Assembly (NCBI GenBank): GCA_963701855.1
Contig: CAVPBK010000014.1
Span: 32,001-96,000, forward strand
DNA from: Nitrospirota bacterium
Lineage (GTDB): Bacteria > Nitrospirota > Nitrospiria > Nitrospirales > Nitrospiraceae
Direction of reading: 5' to 3'
DNA length: 64,000 nucleotides
Positions 50,933 through 59,853 of the stretch are shown piece by piece (the first letter of the stretch is position 1; every line of letters begins with the position of its first letter). Under the pieces are notes generated by a model. The model was not told the DNA's origin. It saw only the letters and a program-made list of their open reading frames with translations, and searched no databases. Position numbers and translations under genes: made by a program.

Positions 50933-51273
50933 CTAGATGTCCCTGTGCTTCCTGGGAATCTGAGCAAGCCCGGTTTCAGAGCGACAAGACAACGTTTGCT
51001 CGTCACATGATCTGAGACACACCGGCCCCTCGCTTCTGCTGCAAACGACTCGGGGCACGCATCTGAGGTTGAAGATGTGAATAGCACAAGCCGAGGTGAG
51101 AAACCCAGTCTACATGCGATGAAATGGGCTTCTTCTTTGGTAGGGGGAGACTTCACGGACTTCGATGACGAACAAAATTGAACAGAATTGGAAGGGGACA
51201 GTGCGCGAGTCGGGACGGAAGGTTGTGGTACCCGCACAGACTGTATGGCGGATACCAGTGATGTATGTGGCTC

Positions 51274-52278
51274 CTACTTGAGGGCAAGTGGCGAAGGGGA
51301 TGTTGTCGGACAAGCGCCAGGCGTCATGTACAGCAAGTAGTTTCCCATCCCATGCTGAGCCTCTTTTTTCTGCAAAGGATGGTGATGGACCATGAGCATC
51401 TCATAGTCATCAGCCTTCGTCACAGGAAACCCCTGACTGTCTTTATAGACTTGATGTGGCTGAAATTCGAGGAAGGTCCCGTCCTGGGTGACGTCAGGAA
51501 CCGTCCGCAGCAGGGTTTGTTTTTTTGTCATATTGTCCAGCCCGATCATGAGGAGTTCGTCATGCCCATGTGGGTAGGCGAACTTCACACAGCCATCCAT
51601 CCTGAACTTGAGCGGCGCCTTATGGACCTGGACTCCTGTTGTGACCTCAATCCCTTCATCCGTCTGGTCCGGACCTCGCTGGGAGAATTTGCTGAAGCAC
51701 ACAATATTGACACCGACCTGGTATACGTCCATTTCTTTGACGGGGGCTCCATCCGGTGCCATATACATGGTGAAGGTGGCCATCACATCTTTGGTGATCG
51801 GCGCCTTGTGATAAAATGCAACAATCGACATGAGGTGATCGTCCTTGGCGAGCTTAACCCCGTAGCCATCAGGAAAACGCGTCTCGGTCATCTCCAGCCC
51901 TGCTCCCGCAAAGAACAACGGTTCGCCCTCGCATGAGACGCTCGGTTTGCTGTTGTTGAGCATCAGGATGTGATGGAGATAGTTCTTGGGGAGAGGCTTT
52001 CCTTCTTTGGTGAAGACCGCAGTCTTGTACCCCACCATATGCATATCTTTGGGAAGCTGAAAACTATGCTTGGGCATCGACGCCGCGAGGTCTCCGTCGT
52101 GACCGGCTGGAAGATCGATGGGACCGAACGCGAGGGTGACGGTATTGGCCCCGTATGTCACTGCCGTTGTAGTTTGATGGGAAAGGGTCGGAACAGCATG
52201 GTGGTCGTGACCACCGTCTGCGAAGACAGAAGTGACCAGACAGATGCCGGTGAGCAGAGTGAGGAGAGCCAAACGCAT
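51274..52278 (-). CDS. Exported protein resembling copper type II ascorbate-dependent monooxygenases
   Basis: Signal peptide, HDHH, LHHILM, FYH, PHGH, HGMG in PHM-like order; GGAGG RBS. Confidence 0.55.
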   Translation of the reverse strand: MRLALLTLLTGICLVTSVFADGGHDHHAVPTLSHQTTTAVTYGANTVTLAFGPIDLPAGHDGDLAASMPKHSFQLPKDMHMVGYKTAVFTKEGKPLPKNYLHHILMLNNSKPSVSCEGEPLFFAGAGLEMTETRFPDGYGVKLAKDDHLMSIVAFYHKAPITKDVMATFTMYMAPDGAPVKEMDVYQVGVNIVCFSKFSQRGPDQTDEGIEVTTGVQVHKAPLKFRMDGCVKFAYPHGHDELLMIGLDNMTKKQTLLRTVPDVTQDGTFLEFQPHQVYKDSQGFPVTKADDYEMLMVHHHPLQKKEAQHGMGNYLLYMTPGACPTTSPSPLALK

Positions 52279-52355
52279 AGAACCTCCCAAAAAAGAAAAG
52301 TGGTGACGCGAATATGAGATGCGAGGCTCGTATACGCTTGTAGGGTAAGCAGATG

Positions 52356-53267
52356 TCATCGTGTGGATGGTGGCGTGATCAACCGTTTCCAGACATAGGT
52401 CCCGCCATGTTCACGAGGGGGAATATTTTTCTTGGTGCCGACCCGCGAATACCACCAAACACCTTTAGCCTGGGTCTCGTCTTCGGAGAGGAGGAGTTCG
52501 AATCCTCCTTCGCGATCGTTGCCCGGTTGTTGCCAGGTGCCTTGCCAGAGACGGTCGGCATACTTTGTGGTGACGAATTGTCCGCCGTGTTGGGAATAAG
52601 GGCCGTTGCCAGCTTTGTCGAGTGTGGCCTTGTAGCGTTTGTCGTCCTCCACCTCAAGTATATCCCATTCCCCGCTCAAGTCGGGGGTTGACGAAAGGGG
52701 AGCACTGCTGACCAAGTGTTGCTGAGAAGATGTTGTGGAACGCTGGGCCAAAGAGGCGCCGAGTTGCATGTTCCGGAGCGACTCATGCCAGGACAGCAAG
52801 ACCCAATGTCCCTCGCGTTGTTCTAAGACACCGCTTTCCCTGAGAGGAAGCACCGTTTTCCGTTGATCCGGTCCTTCTCCCACGAAGCGAATGTAGTCCA
52901 GCTCCATGGTAAACCAGGCGAGAGTCCCTTTCGTCCAGACCTTGAGCTCATGAATAGGAATTTCAAGTTTAGCTACGGAGGAAAACTCCTCCTGCATGTC
53001 ATGCTCGAACTCCGGCCACCCGACATACTTCCGTCCACCGATGGTGTAGCTGATGATATCGGCGTCATGCGCCATAAAACGAGAGAGGGTTGGCAAGTCC
53101 AACTCGGCATTGGCGCGAATCAGGGTGCGGATGGCTGCCTCAGGACCGGTCGGTTCTTGTGCAAAACCGACCGACGTGTGCTCGGTCATCAAGAGGAACG
53201 CAACGGCGAACAGTGCGCCGCGAATAACGTAGGACATGAGAGCCTGTTTAGGTTGTGGCCTTGCCAT
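52356..53267 (-). CDS. Exported NTF2/SnoaL-like domain protein with a second beta-rich domain
   Basis: GRKYVGW, AWFTMELD, RESGVLEQREGHWVLLSWHES. Confidence 0.75.
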   Translation of the reverse strand: MARPQPKQALMSYVIRGALFAVAFLLMTEHTSVGFAQEPTGPEAAIRTLIRANAELDLPTLSRFMAHDADIISYTIGGRKYVGWPEFEHDMQEEFSSVAKLEIPIHELKVWTKGTLAWFTMELDYIRFVGEGPDQRKTVLPLRESGVLEQREGHWVLLSWHESLRNMQLGASLAQRSTTSSQQHLVSSAPLSSTPDLSGEWDILEVEDDKRYKATLDKAGNGPYSQHGGQFVTTKYADRLWQGTWQQPGNDREGGFELLLSEDETQAKGVWWYSRVGTKKNIPPREHGGTYVWKRLITPPSTR

Positions 53268-53346
53268 GGCAAGGGAAGAGATAGTTAATTGCTCAAGCTA
53301 CACAGCCAGATATGACTTGTCAACGACGAAATAATGCGCGGGTGTT

Positions 53347-54108
53347 CTACTGATGGTCCGATATGACGATGACCGTCACATTATCTTCTCCCCCTCTGCT
53401 CAGAGCCTGCTCGATCAGGTCGTGGCAGGCTCGGTTGGGATCGCCGTTTGCGCGGGAGAGTACCGATGCGATGGCTGTGTCCTCTAGCATTTTCGTGAGC
53501 CCGTCGCTACAGAGCACAATCAGATCATGAGGGGTAATCGGCGTCTCGGTCAATTCCGGTTTCATATTGACGTCCATGCCGAGGCCTTTGGTCAAAATGT
53601 GACGCTCAGGATGTGTGAGTGCCGTAGCCGCATCGATCAGACCGCGCTGCACCCATTTCTCGACGAGGGTGTGATCGCGCGTCAATTGCTTGAGCAGTCC
53701 TTCTCGATACAGGTAGGCGCGGCTATCTCCCAAGTGGGCGATATGAGCGACCGGCATCGGAACCGGCGTGATCGCTATGGCGACGAAGGTCGTGCCCATC
53801 CCTTTCAAGTACGGCTTTGCCTGCACGAGGTCATGAATTCGTCGGTTGGCGCTCGTCACAAGGTCTGTCATGAATTCGCCGGCGGCGCTTGGGTGCTCAC
53901 GGAGCCAGGATGCTTGCTCTTGTGCCTCTTGTTCGGCCGCGGCCACAGCGGTTTGAGCCGCGACGTCTCCTGCCGGGTGTCCACCCATCCCGTCTGCCAC
54001 GATCCAGACGCCGCAGTCATTCAGAAGGGCCAGCGCATCCTGGTTCGACGTGCGAACATAACCAGTTTCGGTCCGGCCGACCCCGGTCCACGGTTGGGGT
54101 TGTGTCAC
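53347..54108 (-). CDS. PP2C-family phosphatase
   Basis: NQD, VADGMGGH, HLGDSRAY, LCSDGL, GGEDNVT. Confidence 0.93.
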   Translation of the reverse strand: MTQPQPWTGVGRTETGYVRTSNQDALALLNDCGVWIVADGMGGHPAGDVAAQTAVAAAEQEAQEQASWLREHPSAAGEFMTDLVTSANRRIHDLVQAKPYLKGMGTTFVAIAITPVPMPVAHIAHLGDSRAYLYREGLLKQLTRDHTLVEKWVQRGLIDAATALTHPERHILTKGLGMDVNMKPELTETPITPHDLIVLCSDGLTKMLEDTAIASVLSRANGDPNRACHDLIEQALSRGGEDNVTVIVISDHQ

Positions 54109-54911
54109 GGAGCGACCTCAACGGGATTTTGGCGGCGGACGGGTGGAAACCCCACAGAAGGTGGGCCGAACCGCGTGACCATCTGGTCGTAGAGCAATGA
54201 TGCGAGAGGTTCGAGATTTTGGGTGTCGGCGGCATTGTACTTTAGCAATACATCGCGCGCAGCCTCATCTCCCGCGCACCACTGGTGCCACAGGCGAACG
54301 GCTTCCCATCCGTCGAGTCCCACCACATCTCGGTGACGTTCAATCTGGACTTCGTGCTCGATATGTTTCAGCCCGCCTTGCATGCCGAGTCTGCGCGCCG
54401 CGAAGCAGAGATCGAAATGCGGTTTCTTAAAGTTCAGCCGAGGGAACTTCGTCTGCAAGTAGGGAATGTCAAACCCGCTGCCGAAAAATGTAATGAACAG
54501 GTCTGTCTGCTCCAGTTCCGCGTGCAGTCGATCTTCGGTTAACGTTTCCCCTCGGACCAGGCTGGTCATGTGCCCGTTACGATACAATCCGACCACTGTC
54601 ACATGCCCTTCGCGTGCAGACATCCCTGTCGTCTCAATGTCTAGATAGAGCGTACGAGGGCGAAACGTCTCGAAGAGACGCCAGTGCTCGCGACTCTTCA
54701 GGCATGTGCTGAAGAAGTGTGCATCGCCTGCTTCCAGGCGCGATTGGGCGGTGGCGAGTTCGCGGTCGTACCATTCTTTTCTGGTCGAGGAGATGCCGGG
54801 CAGGATCGGAGATTGGAGGAATGCGGCCCAATCGAGAATGCCCTCTTGCCAGAGACGGCGCTCGGAACTTTGGCCGATACCCTTGAGAAGAACGAAGGAT
54901 GATGTGAGCAT
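54105..54911 (-). CDS. RNase H-like (YprB family) exonuclease domain protein
   Basis: LYLDIETTG, TFFGSGFDIP, HFDL, GGLKHIE, YNAAD. Confidence 0.88.
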   Translation of the reverse strand: MLTSSFVLLKGIGQSSERRLWQEGILDWAAFLQSPILPGISSTRKEWYDRELATAQSRLEAGDAHFFSTCLKSREHWRLFETFRPRTLYLDIETTGMSAREGHVTVVGLYRNGHMTSLVRGETLTEDRLHAELEQTDLFITFFGSGFDIPYLQTKFPRLNFKKPHFDLCFAARRLGMQGGLKHIEHEVQIERHRDVVGLDGWEAVRLWHQWCAGDEAARDVLLKYNAADTQNLEPLASLLYDQMVTRFGPPSVGFPPVRRQNPVEVAP

Positions 54912-55006
54912 ATGCGCGCGGGATTGTAGCCTTGATTTCACCAAATAAACAAGCTAAAGTCCGCGGCCTGAGCGGGGTTTCATCTGATGGCACCGATGAG
55001 AACGCA

Positions 55007-55390
55007 ATGGCAGATCTCCCCAACAAAATTCGCATCACCATCGGCTCTGTGCAGCTCGACGCGGAACTCAAGTCGACGAAGACGGCGCAAGAAGTCTATG
55101 CCGCATTACCGGTTGAAAGCCCGGTCAACACATGGGGCGAAGAGTTCTATTTTAAATTAGCCGGGGTGAAGGACCATCGAGAGACGGCGACGAATCAGGT
55201 CAAAGTCGGCGATGTTGCTTTCTGGGGAGCCGGTCAGGTTCTCGCCATTTTCTTCGGACGCACACCGATGAGCATGGGCCAAGATCCGGTTCCGGCCGAT
55301 CGTGTCAATGTGATTGGACGTATTCTCGGGGATGCCTCGGTGCTGCGGCGTGTCATGGATATACCGACCATTCGGATCGAACGGATCTAG
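55007..55390 (+). CDS. Cyclophilin-like fold protein
   Basis: ALPVES, NTWGEEFYF, GDVAFW, AIFFGRTP. Confidence 0.85.
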   Translation: MADLPNKIRITIGSVQLDAELKSTKTAQEVYAALPVESPVNTWGEEFYFKLAGVKDHRETATNQVKVGDVAFWGAGQVLAIFFGRTPMSMGQDPVPADRVNVIGRILGDASVLRRVMDIPTIRIERI

Positions 55391-55678
55391 CAGGATGCTG
55401 AAAAATGGGCGGGGTAGCTGGGACGATCCCCGTGCTCGCGCAACGCGCGGCCTCAGAAGGCCCTCGTTGGACGTGCGCAGTTGGGATCATCCCAGCCACC
55501 CCTTAAAAAGTGATGGTTCCCTGCAGCCTTGCTTGGGACAAGGCGCGTTTCGGCGCGCCAGGGGAGGGTGGGTGAGAAGTCTGACATTTTTGATCATCTT
55601 GCGGGAATGTGTTCCTGTTGTGCTACACGTGCGGACCACCAAAGTTCTCGCGGGCCAACATAGTTTTTCTACGGCTTG
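55391..55678. mobile_element. Composite MITE-like element flanked by CTAG
   Basis: CTAG|CAGGATGCTGAAAAA ... TTTTTGATCATCTTGC ... TTTTTCTACGGCTTG|CTAG; contains a copy of the 51-nt repeat core. Confidence 0.6.
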
Positions 55679-55684
55679 CTAGCT

Positions 55685-55966
55685 ATGAGACTATCGAAAG
55701 AACGCGTTCGCCACATCTCGGAGTCGCTCGCCACCCGGCTGCAGCAGGAGGAGCAAGTGACGATCATCGGGGATCGCAAGGCGTTCGTCGAGCAGATCGG
55801 TCATGCCATTCTTGAGGAACTGTCGGTTGAAGACCGCCTGAACGCCGAAGTGAGGAAATTGTTAAGCGCCTACGAACAAGATATTGAGAAGGGACAGGTG
55901 GACTATCAACGGATGTTCACGATGGTCAAAACGAAGCTGGCACGGGAGCGAGGCATCATCTTATAG
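55685..55966 (+). CDS. DUF507 family protein
   Basis: MRLSKERVRHI...EDRLNAEVRKLL...VKTKLARERG. Confidence 0.8.
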   Translation: MRLSKERVRHISESLATRLQQEEQVTIIGDRKAFVEQIGHAILEELSVEDRLNAEVRKLLSAYEQDIEKGQVDYQRMFTMVKTKLARERGIIL

Positions 55967-56061
55967 AGCGTGAGACGTGAAAGGTGAAACATTGCAAAGA
56001 TTGAACGTTTGTCCATACGTCCTTTCACCTTTTACGTCTCACGTTTCAGGGGCTTGATATT

Positions 56062-56337
56062 ATGTTGAGCGAAGATAAAATCAGCCACCTCTCTCACGTC
56101 ATTCTTCAGGCGGTTAAGAAAAGCCCGCTGGTGACGGTACAGGCTGATGAGGGGCGAGTTTTGAAAGAAATCAAGCGGGTGCTCGCATCCGAGTTGGCTC
56201 AAGAAGAAGACATTGATCGAAAGGTCAAAGCGAAGTTGGCCACCTACTCGCGTGGGATCGTCGAGGGAAGTGCGGAGTGGGACGTGCTGTATCGGAAAGC
56301 GTTCGAGGAAGAGGCGCGAAAACATGCGAAGGCGTGA
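56062..56337 (+). CDS. DUF507 family protein
   Basis: LSEDKISHLS...IVEGSAEWDVLYRK. Confidence 0.8.
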   Translation: MLSEDKISHLSHVILQAVKKSPLVTVQADEGRVLKEIKRVLASELAQEEDIDRKVKAKLATYSRGIVEGSAEWDVLYRKAFEEEARKHAKA

Positions 56338-56362
56338 GAAGCCGATGGAACGTGGAGGCGCG

Positions 56363-56806
56363 ATGAAATTCCTATCCATACTCGGAGCGGTCTTCATGCT
56401 CGTCGGGGTCGTCGCCTGTTTCAAGACCAAAGAGAAACCGTTGGTTCCTCTTGCGCTTGAGTCCGGGGTGAAGCCGCAAGTGGTGACGCTGACTGAACAG
56501 GGAACGCAGGCTTATCAAGCGAATCAGTTCGACGATGCGAAGAATTATTTTTCTCAAGTGGTGGCTGCGGCTCCTCAATCGGGGCCCGCACACTATAACT
56601 ATGCCTTGGCCCTGAATGCCTTAGGTGACTCGGAACAGGCGCGCCAACAGTTCATGGAAGCGGCCAACCTGGCTCCGGGAAACAAAGTAATCTGGGATTC
56701 GCCCGCGCTTCGTCCCTACGGCAACCCAGAGTCTCCGAAAAAGAAACAACAAGGTCCAATGGGGGCCACCCCCACCAGGCCGAGCATGGGTGGTGGGCCG
56801 CGATAA
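56363..56806 (+). CDS. TPR-repeat lipoprotein
   Basis: Lipobox VVAC; AHYNYALAL...EQARQQFMEA TPR pattern; GGAGG RBS. Confidence 0.8.
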   Translation: MKFLSILGAVFMLVGVVACFKTKEKPLVPLALESGVKPQVVTLTEQGTQAYQANQFDDAKNYFSQVVAAAPQSGPAHYNYALALNALGDSEQARQQFMEAANLAPGNKVIWDSPALRPYGNPESPKKKQQGPMGATPTRPSMGGGPR

Positions 56807-56928
56807 TGCAGCAGGCTAAGGTCGAGGTTGAGCCAGGATCAGACTCTTTCAATCTCAGCCTTGACCTTCAGAAAGCGGGCGGACTTTTTCAGTATCCTGC
56901 TAAGCAACCGAAGAAGGAGTGAGCGAAG

Positions 56929-57396
56929 ATGGCAAAGGAACTCGAAGTCGGTAATAAGGCACCCGCCCTGTCGCTTCCCGATCAATCGGGAGAACCGGTC
57001 AGCCTGAAAGATTTTACGGGCAAGCAAGTAGTCCTCTATTTTTATCCCAAAGATGATACTCCTGGCTGTACAACGGAATCGTGCGATTTCCGCGATGCCG
57101 CTACGCCGATCAAGAAGGCAGGCGCGGTTGTGTTGGGCGTGAGTTTTGACGGCCAGGAATCCCACCAGAAATTCATCAAGAAGTTTACCTTGCCGTTCAC
57201 GTTGCTTAGCGACGAGGACAAGGTCGTCGCGAAAGCCTACGGGGTCTACAAAGAGAAAAGCATGTACGGTAGAAAGTATTGGGGTATCGAGCGCAGTACC
57301 TTTGTGATCGACCAGGCAGGCAAGTTGAAGGCGATCTTTCGCAAGGTCAAGGTTGGCGGTCACGTCGATGAAGTGCTTGCGGCTCTCAAGGCGTAA
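56929..57396 (+). CDS. bcp: Thioredoxin-dependent thiol peroxidase Bcp
   Basis: LYFYPKDDTPGCTTESC, ERSTFVID. Confidence 0.96.
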   Translation: MAKELEVGNKAPALSLPDQSGEPVSLKDFTGKQVVLYFYPKDDTPGCTTESCDFRDAATPIKKAGAVVLGVSFDGQESHQKFIKKFTLPFTLLSDEDKVVAKAYGVYKEKSMYGRKYWGIERSTFVIDQAGKLKAIFRKVKVGGHVDEVLAALKA

Positions 57397-57404
57397 TCTT
57401 TCCT

Positions 57405-57530
57405 CTGGATGCTGAAAAAGCCCGCCAGCTTCGTTCTCGCCTTGAAAGCATCCTCAACGTAGCCCAGAGGCTACGCCTCCGGTGCTTTCGTCGGCTGCGG
57501 CCTTGCTGGACGGACTTTTTAAGCATCCTG
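57405..57530. mobile_element. MITE-like element
   Basis: Terminal inverted repeats GGATGCTGAAAAAG / CTTTTTAAGCATCC, internal hairpin CGTAGCC/GGCTACG; related end at about 56880-56900. Confidence 0.65.
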
Positions 57531-57570
57531 TTGGGTGTTTCCCTTTTGTTCTTATGCGGCTGTGCGGCCT

Positions 57571-58434
57571 ATGAGTATTCTCCTCCGCAGAGCCAGTCTC
57601 TTCACCATCATTCTTTTCTGGACTGCGACGACTACCCTCTCCGCAGCGGAAAAGATTTCCGGAACCTTGACGGTTCACGATAGCCTCACCTCGCCCAACC
57701 AGCCGGCCAGTATTGAAGCGACGCTCATAGGGAAAAGCCTCCTGGCGGAGCCAGGTTTGGCAGGAGAACCCATCGAGCTTCTCGTCGCCAGCAAGGTCGT
57801 CGCGACCGCAATGACCAGTGGCGATGGGCGAGCTATCTTGTCCTATACCCCGAAGGCCAAAGGGGTTGTCCCTTTCACCGCGCGCGTCGGGGCTACATCG
57901 AGAGTTGCCGTGACCGAAGCTGCTGGGAATCTGGCAGTGTGGGAACATCGAACTCCGATCCTCGCAGTAGAAATGTCAGCGCTGGTGGAAGGGATCGTTG
58001 CACCGGGGCCTACCGCGACTGCTTCTGTGAAGGATGCGGAAGGCAGACGCCCAATGCCTGATGCCGCTGAGGAACTCGGCAAGCTCACGCAGTTCTACTA
58101 CAACGTGATCTATGTGGTAACGCAGGATAAGCAAGCTGGTCCCACCGATCAGGTGAATGCGCAAGCCAGACAATGGCTCAAGGATCAGAAGTTTCCGGTC
58201 GGACACATTCTCGTGCTGCCTTCCGGTCCAGAGGCGTTTGGGGCGAAACTTGATGAATTGCATGCTGCCGGGTGGAAGACGCTCAAGCTAGGTGTGGGGC
58301 GTACGAAGGCCTTTGCCGAAGCCTTTCTCCAACGTCGGTTGGAGGCTGTGATGGTGCCTGAACCGGCCAAGGGGGAGGCGCCGCGCAAGGCGAAGGTGGC
58401 GAAAGAGTGGAAGGATGTGCGGAAAAGAATGTGA
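57571..58434 (+). CDS. Hypothetical exported protein (Ig-like N-terminus, degenerate HAD-like C-terminus)
   Basis: Signal peptide; TSGDGRA; MPDAAEEL...VIYVV...ARQWLKDQKFPVG. Confidence 0.65.
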   Translation: MSILLRRASLFTIILFWTATTTLSAAEKISGTLTVHDSLTSPNQPASIEATLIGKSLLAEPGLAGEPIELLVASKVVATAMTSGDGRAILSYTPKAKGVVPFTARVGATSRVAVTEAAGNLAVWEHRTPILAVEMSALVEGIVAPGPTATASVKDAEGRRPMPDAAEELGKLTQFYYNVIYVVTQDKQAGPTDQVNAQARQWLKDQKFPVGHILVLPSGPEAFGAKLDELHAAGWKTLKLGVGRTKAFAEAFLQRRLEAVMVPEPAKGEAPRKAKVAKEWKDVRKRM

Positions 58435-58527
58435 GGGCAGCCAGGTAGCTCCCCTTGCTCGTGGAACGCGCACGATGAAACAGTGCTCGTTCGACACGCG
58501 CAGTGGAGGAGCCACCTGGCCGCCCTC
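58433..58527. repeat. Stem-enclosed 51-nt intergenic repeat copy
   Basis: GAGGGCAGCCAGGTAGCTCC ... GGAGCCACCTGGCCGCCCTC enclosing TGCTCGTGGAACGCGC...CTCGTTCGACACGCGCAGTGG. Confidence 0.78.
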
Positions 58528-58735
58528 TTGAGGAGATGTTTTTCACTCTGGGTGGAGGAAAAGAGTAAAAGACGAAAGAGGCCCTTGAATGCAAAGGGGG
58601 TAACAGACATTCGGCAAGAAGTCCCAAGACGTGTGATACGGACACAATACCAGAACTCCGCATCTTCTACGGATCAGTCTATTATTAGGCATCAGCAACT
58701 CACGAGGCCTCCCACATCATCGAACGATATCTGCT

Positions 58736-59296
58736 GTGAAACGCTTCACCTCATCCATTCGCAAGTCCGTTCAGGACGGGAATCTGTATGGCGCACTATT
58801 TGTATCCCTTGCAATGCCAGACATCTGCGGTGCACTTGAAGATCCCCTGGCAGCGGTCGGGGAGCGCTACAAGGCCTGGTTTCGCCGCTACCTCAACCCT
58901 AAATACGATCCCGCAACTCAGCTGGAGTTCATAACTGCGACCGTGCCACAAGCAGCGGCATCATTACCTCCGGAGGCAATCAGCAGTTTGCAGACTCCAT
59001 TCGACCAAAACTTGTCATTCACGGCTGAAGATTGCTATCAATGCAGATGCAGATGCCTGCATCAAGGGCTCCTCGAGAGGTCTGGCCGAACGAAGTTCAT
59101 ATTCATCTCCGGCCTCCCCACAGGCACCATCCTCCACAGGAATTTAAGGAATGGGCAGTTGGTGTTGCAGATTGAGCTCTTTGCCGAAGACATGTGTCTT
59201 GCCGTAGAAGACTGGGACAGGGACGTCCGAAGTAGTGGTGCAGTCGCTTCAAGAATAGACGACCTCATATCGATCACTGAATGGTTCAATCTGTAG
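58736..59296 (+). CDS. Cassette-borne hypothetical protein with RxxxxH (HEPN-like) motif
   Basis: ALFVSLAMPDICGALE, RYKAWF, CYQCRCRCLHQG; followed by attC. Confidence 0.7.
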   Translation: MKRFTSSIRKSVQDGNLYGALFVSLAMPDICGALEDPLAAVGERYKAWFRRYLNPKYDPATQLEFITATVPQAAASLPPEAISSLQTPFDQNLSFTAEDCYQCRCRCLHQGLLERSGRTKFIFISGLPTGTILHRNLRNGQLVLQIELFAEDMCLAVEDWDRDVRSSGAVASRIDDLISITEWFNL

Positions 59297-59323
59297 CGGA
59301 TGCTTGCGACGCATGGACCTAAT

Positions 59324-59382
59324 GCCTAACCCTTCCCTTGAGGCGACTGCCCATGGGCAGCGCCTCATGTCAAACGTTGGGG
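59324..59382 (+). mobile_element. Integron attC site (59 bp)
   Basis: GCCTAAC-CCTTC-CCTTGAGGCG(A)CTGCCC-AT-GGGCAGCGCCTCATG-TCAAAC-GTTGGGG. Confidence 0.85.
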
Positions 59383-59717
59383 GAGGTGTGAGTACGAAGG
59401 GTCACAAGCAGGGAAATAAACGGGGACATTCTGAATTTTTACGGGTGACCATGCGAGATTTACTGGAAGAAACCAGTATGTCCATATATATCCTTCCCTA
59501 ACAAGGCGCTCCAGCCGACCGCCAGGCAAGTTCCTCAGTTCCTCCATGCTGTCGTGGCACGCGGCGGCTGGGCTGTGGCGGTAGATTTCATAGAACATCG
59601 CTGATACAGTTTCGTGCGAACACGGGCGGGGTCATTGTACTTTTTCTGGGGCATCTTGGTCTATGTTTCTTCGTGCACCATAATACTGCTCTTTCTCTCT
59701 CAGTAGTCAGGAAGGGC

Positions 59718-59801
59718 GGCCTGGCGTTTTCCCATGGTGCGCGCGTCCAACGAGAGGACCCTGCGACCGCACGTTGCGCGAGCACAGGGAATCGCCAGGC
59801 C
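59718..59801. repeat. Stem-enclosed 51-nt intergenic repeat copy
   Basis: GGCCTGGCG...CGCCAGGCC enclosing TGCGCGCGTCCAACGAG...GCACGTTGCGCGAGCA. Confidence 0.78.
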
Positions 59802-59853
59802 AGCCTTTCTTTCCTCCTACCGTAGGTTGAATGATCTCGACTGTTAGCTGGAC

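Noticed and set aside
50933..51273. Possible riboswitch or ncRNA upstream of the giant signalling gene
   Set aside because: No recognisable conserved aptamer motif by eye; an Rfam scan would be needed
31900..59801. CRISPR array from the recurring repeats
   Set aside because: Copies are dispersed and divergent, are not separated by regular unique spacers, and no cas genes are present
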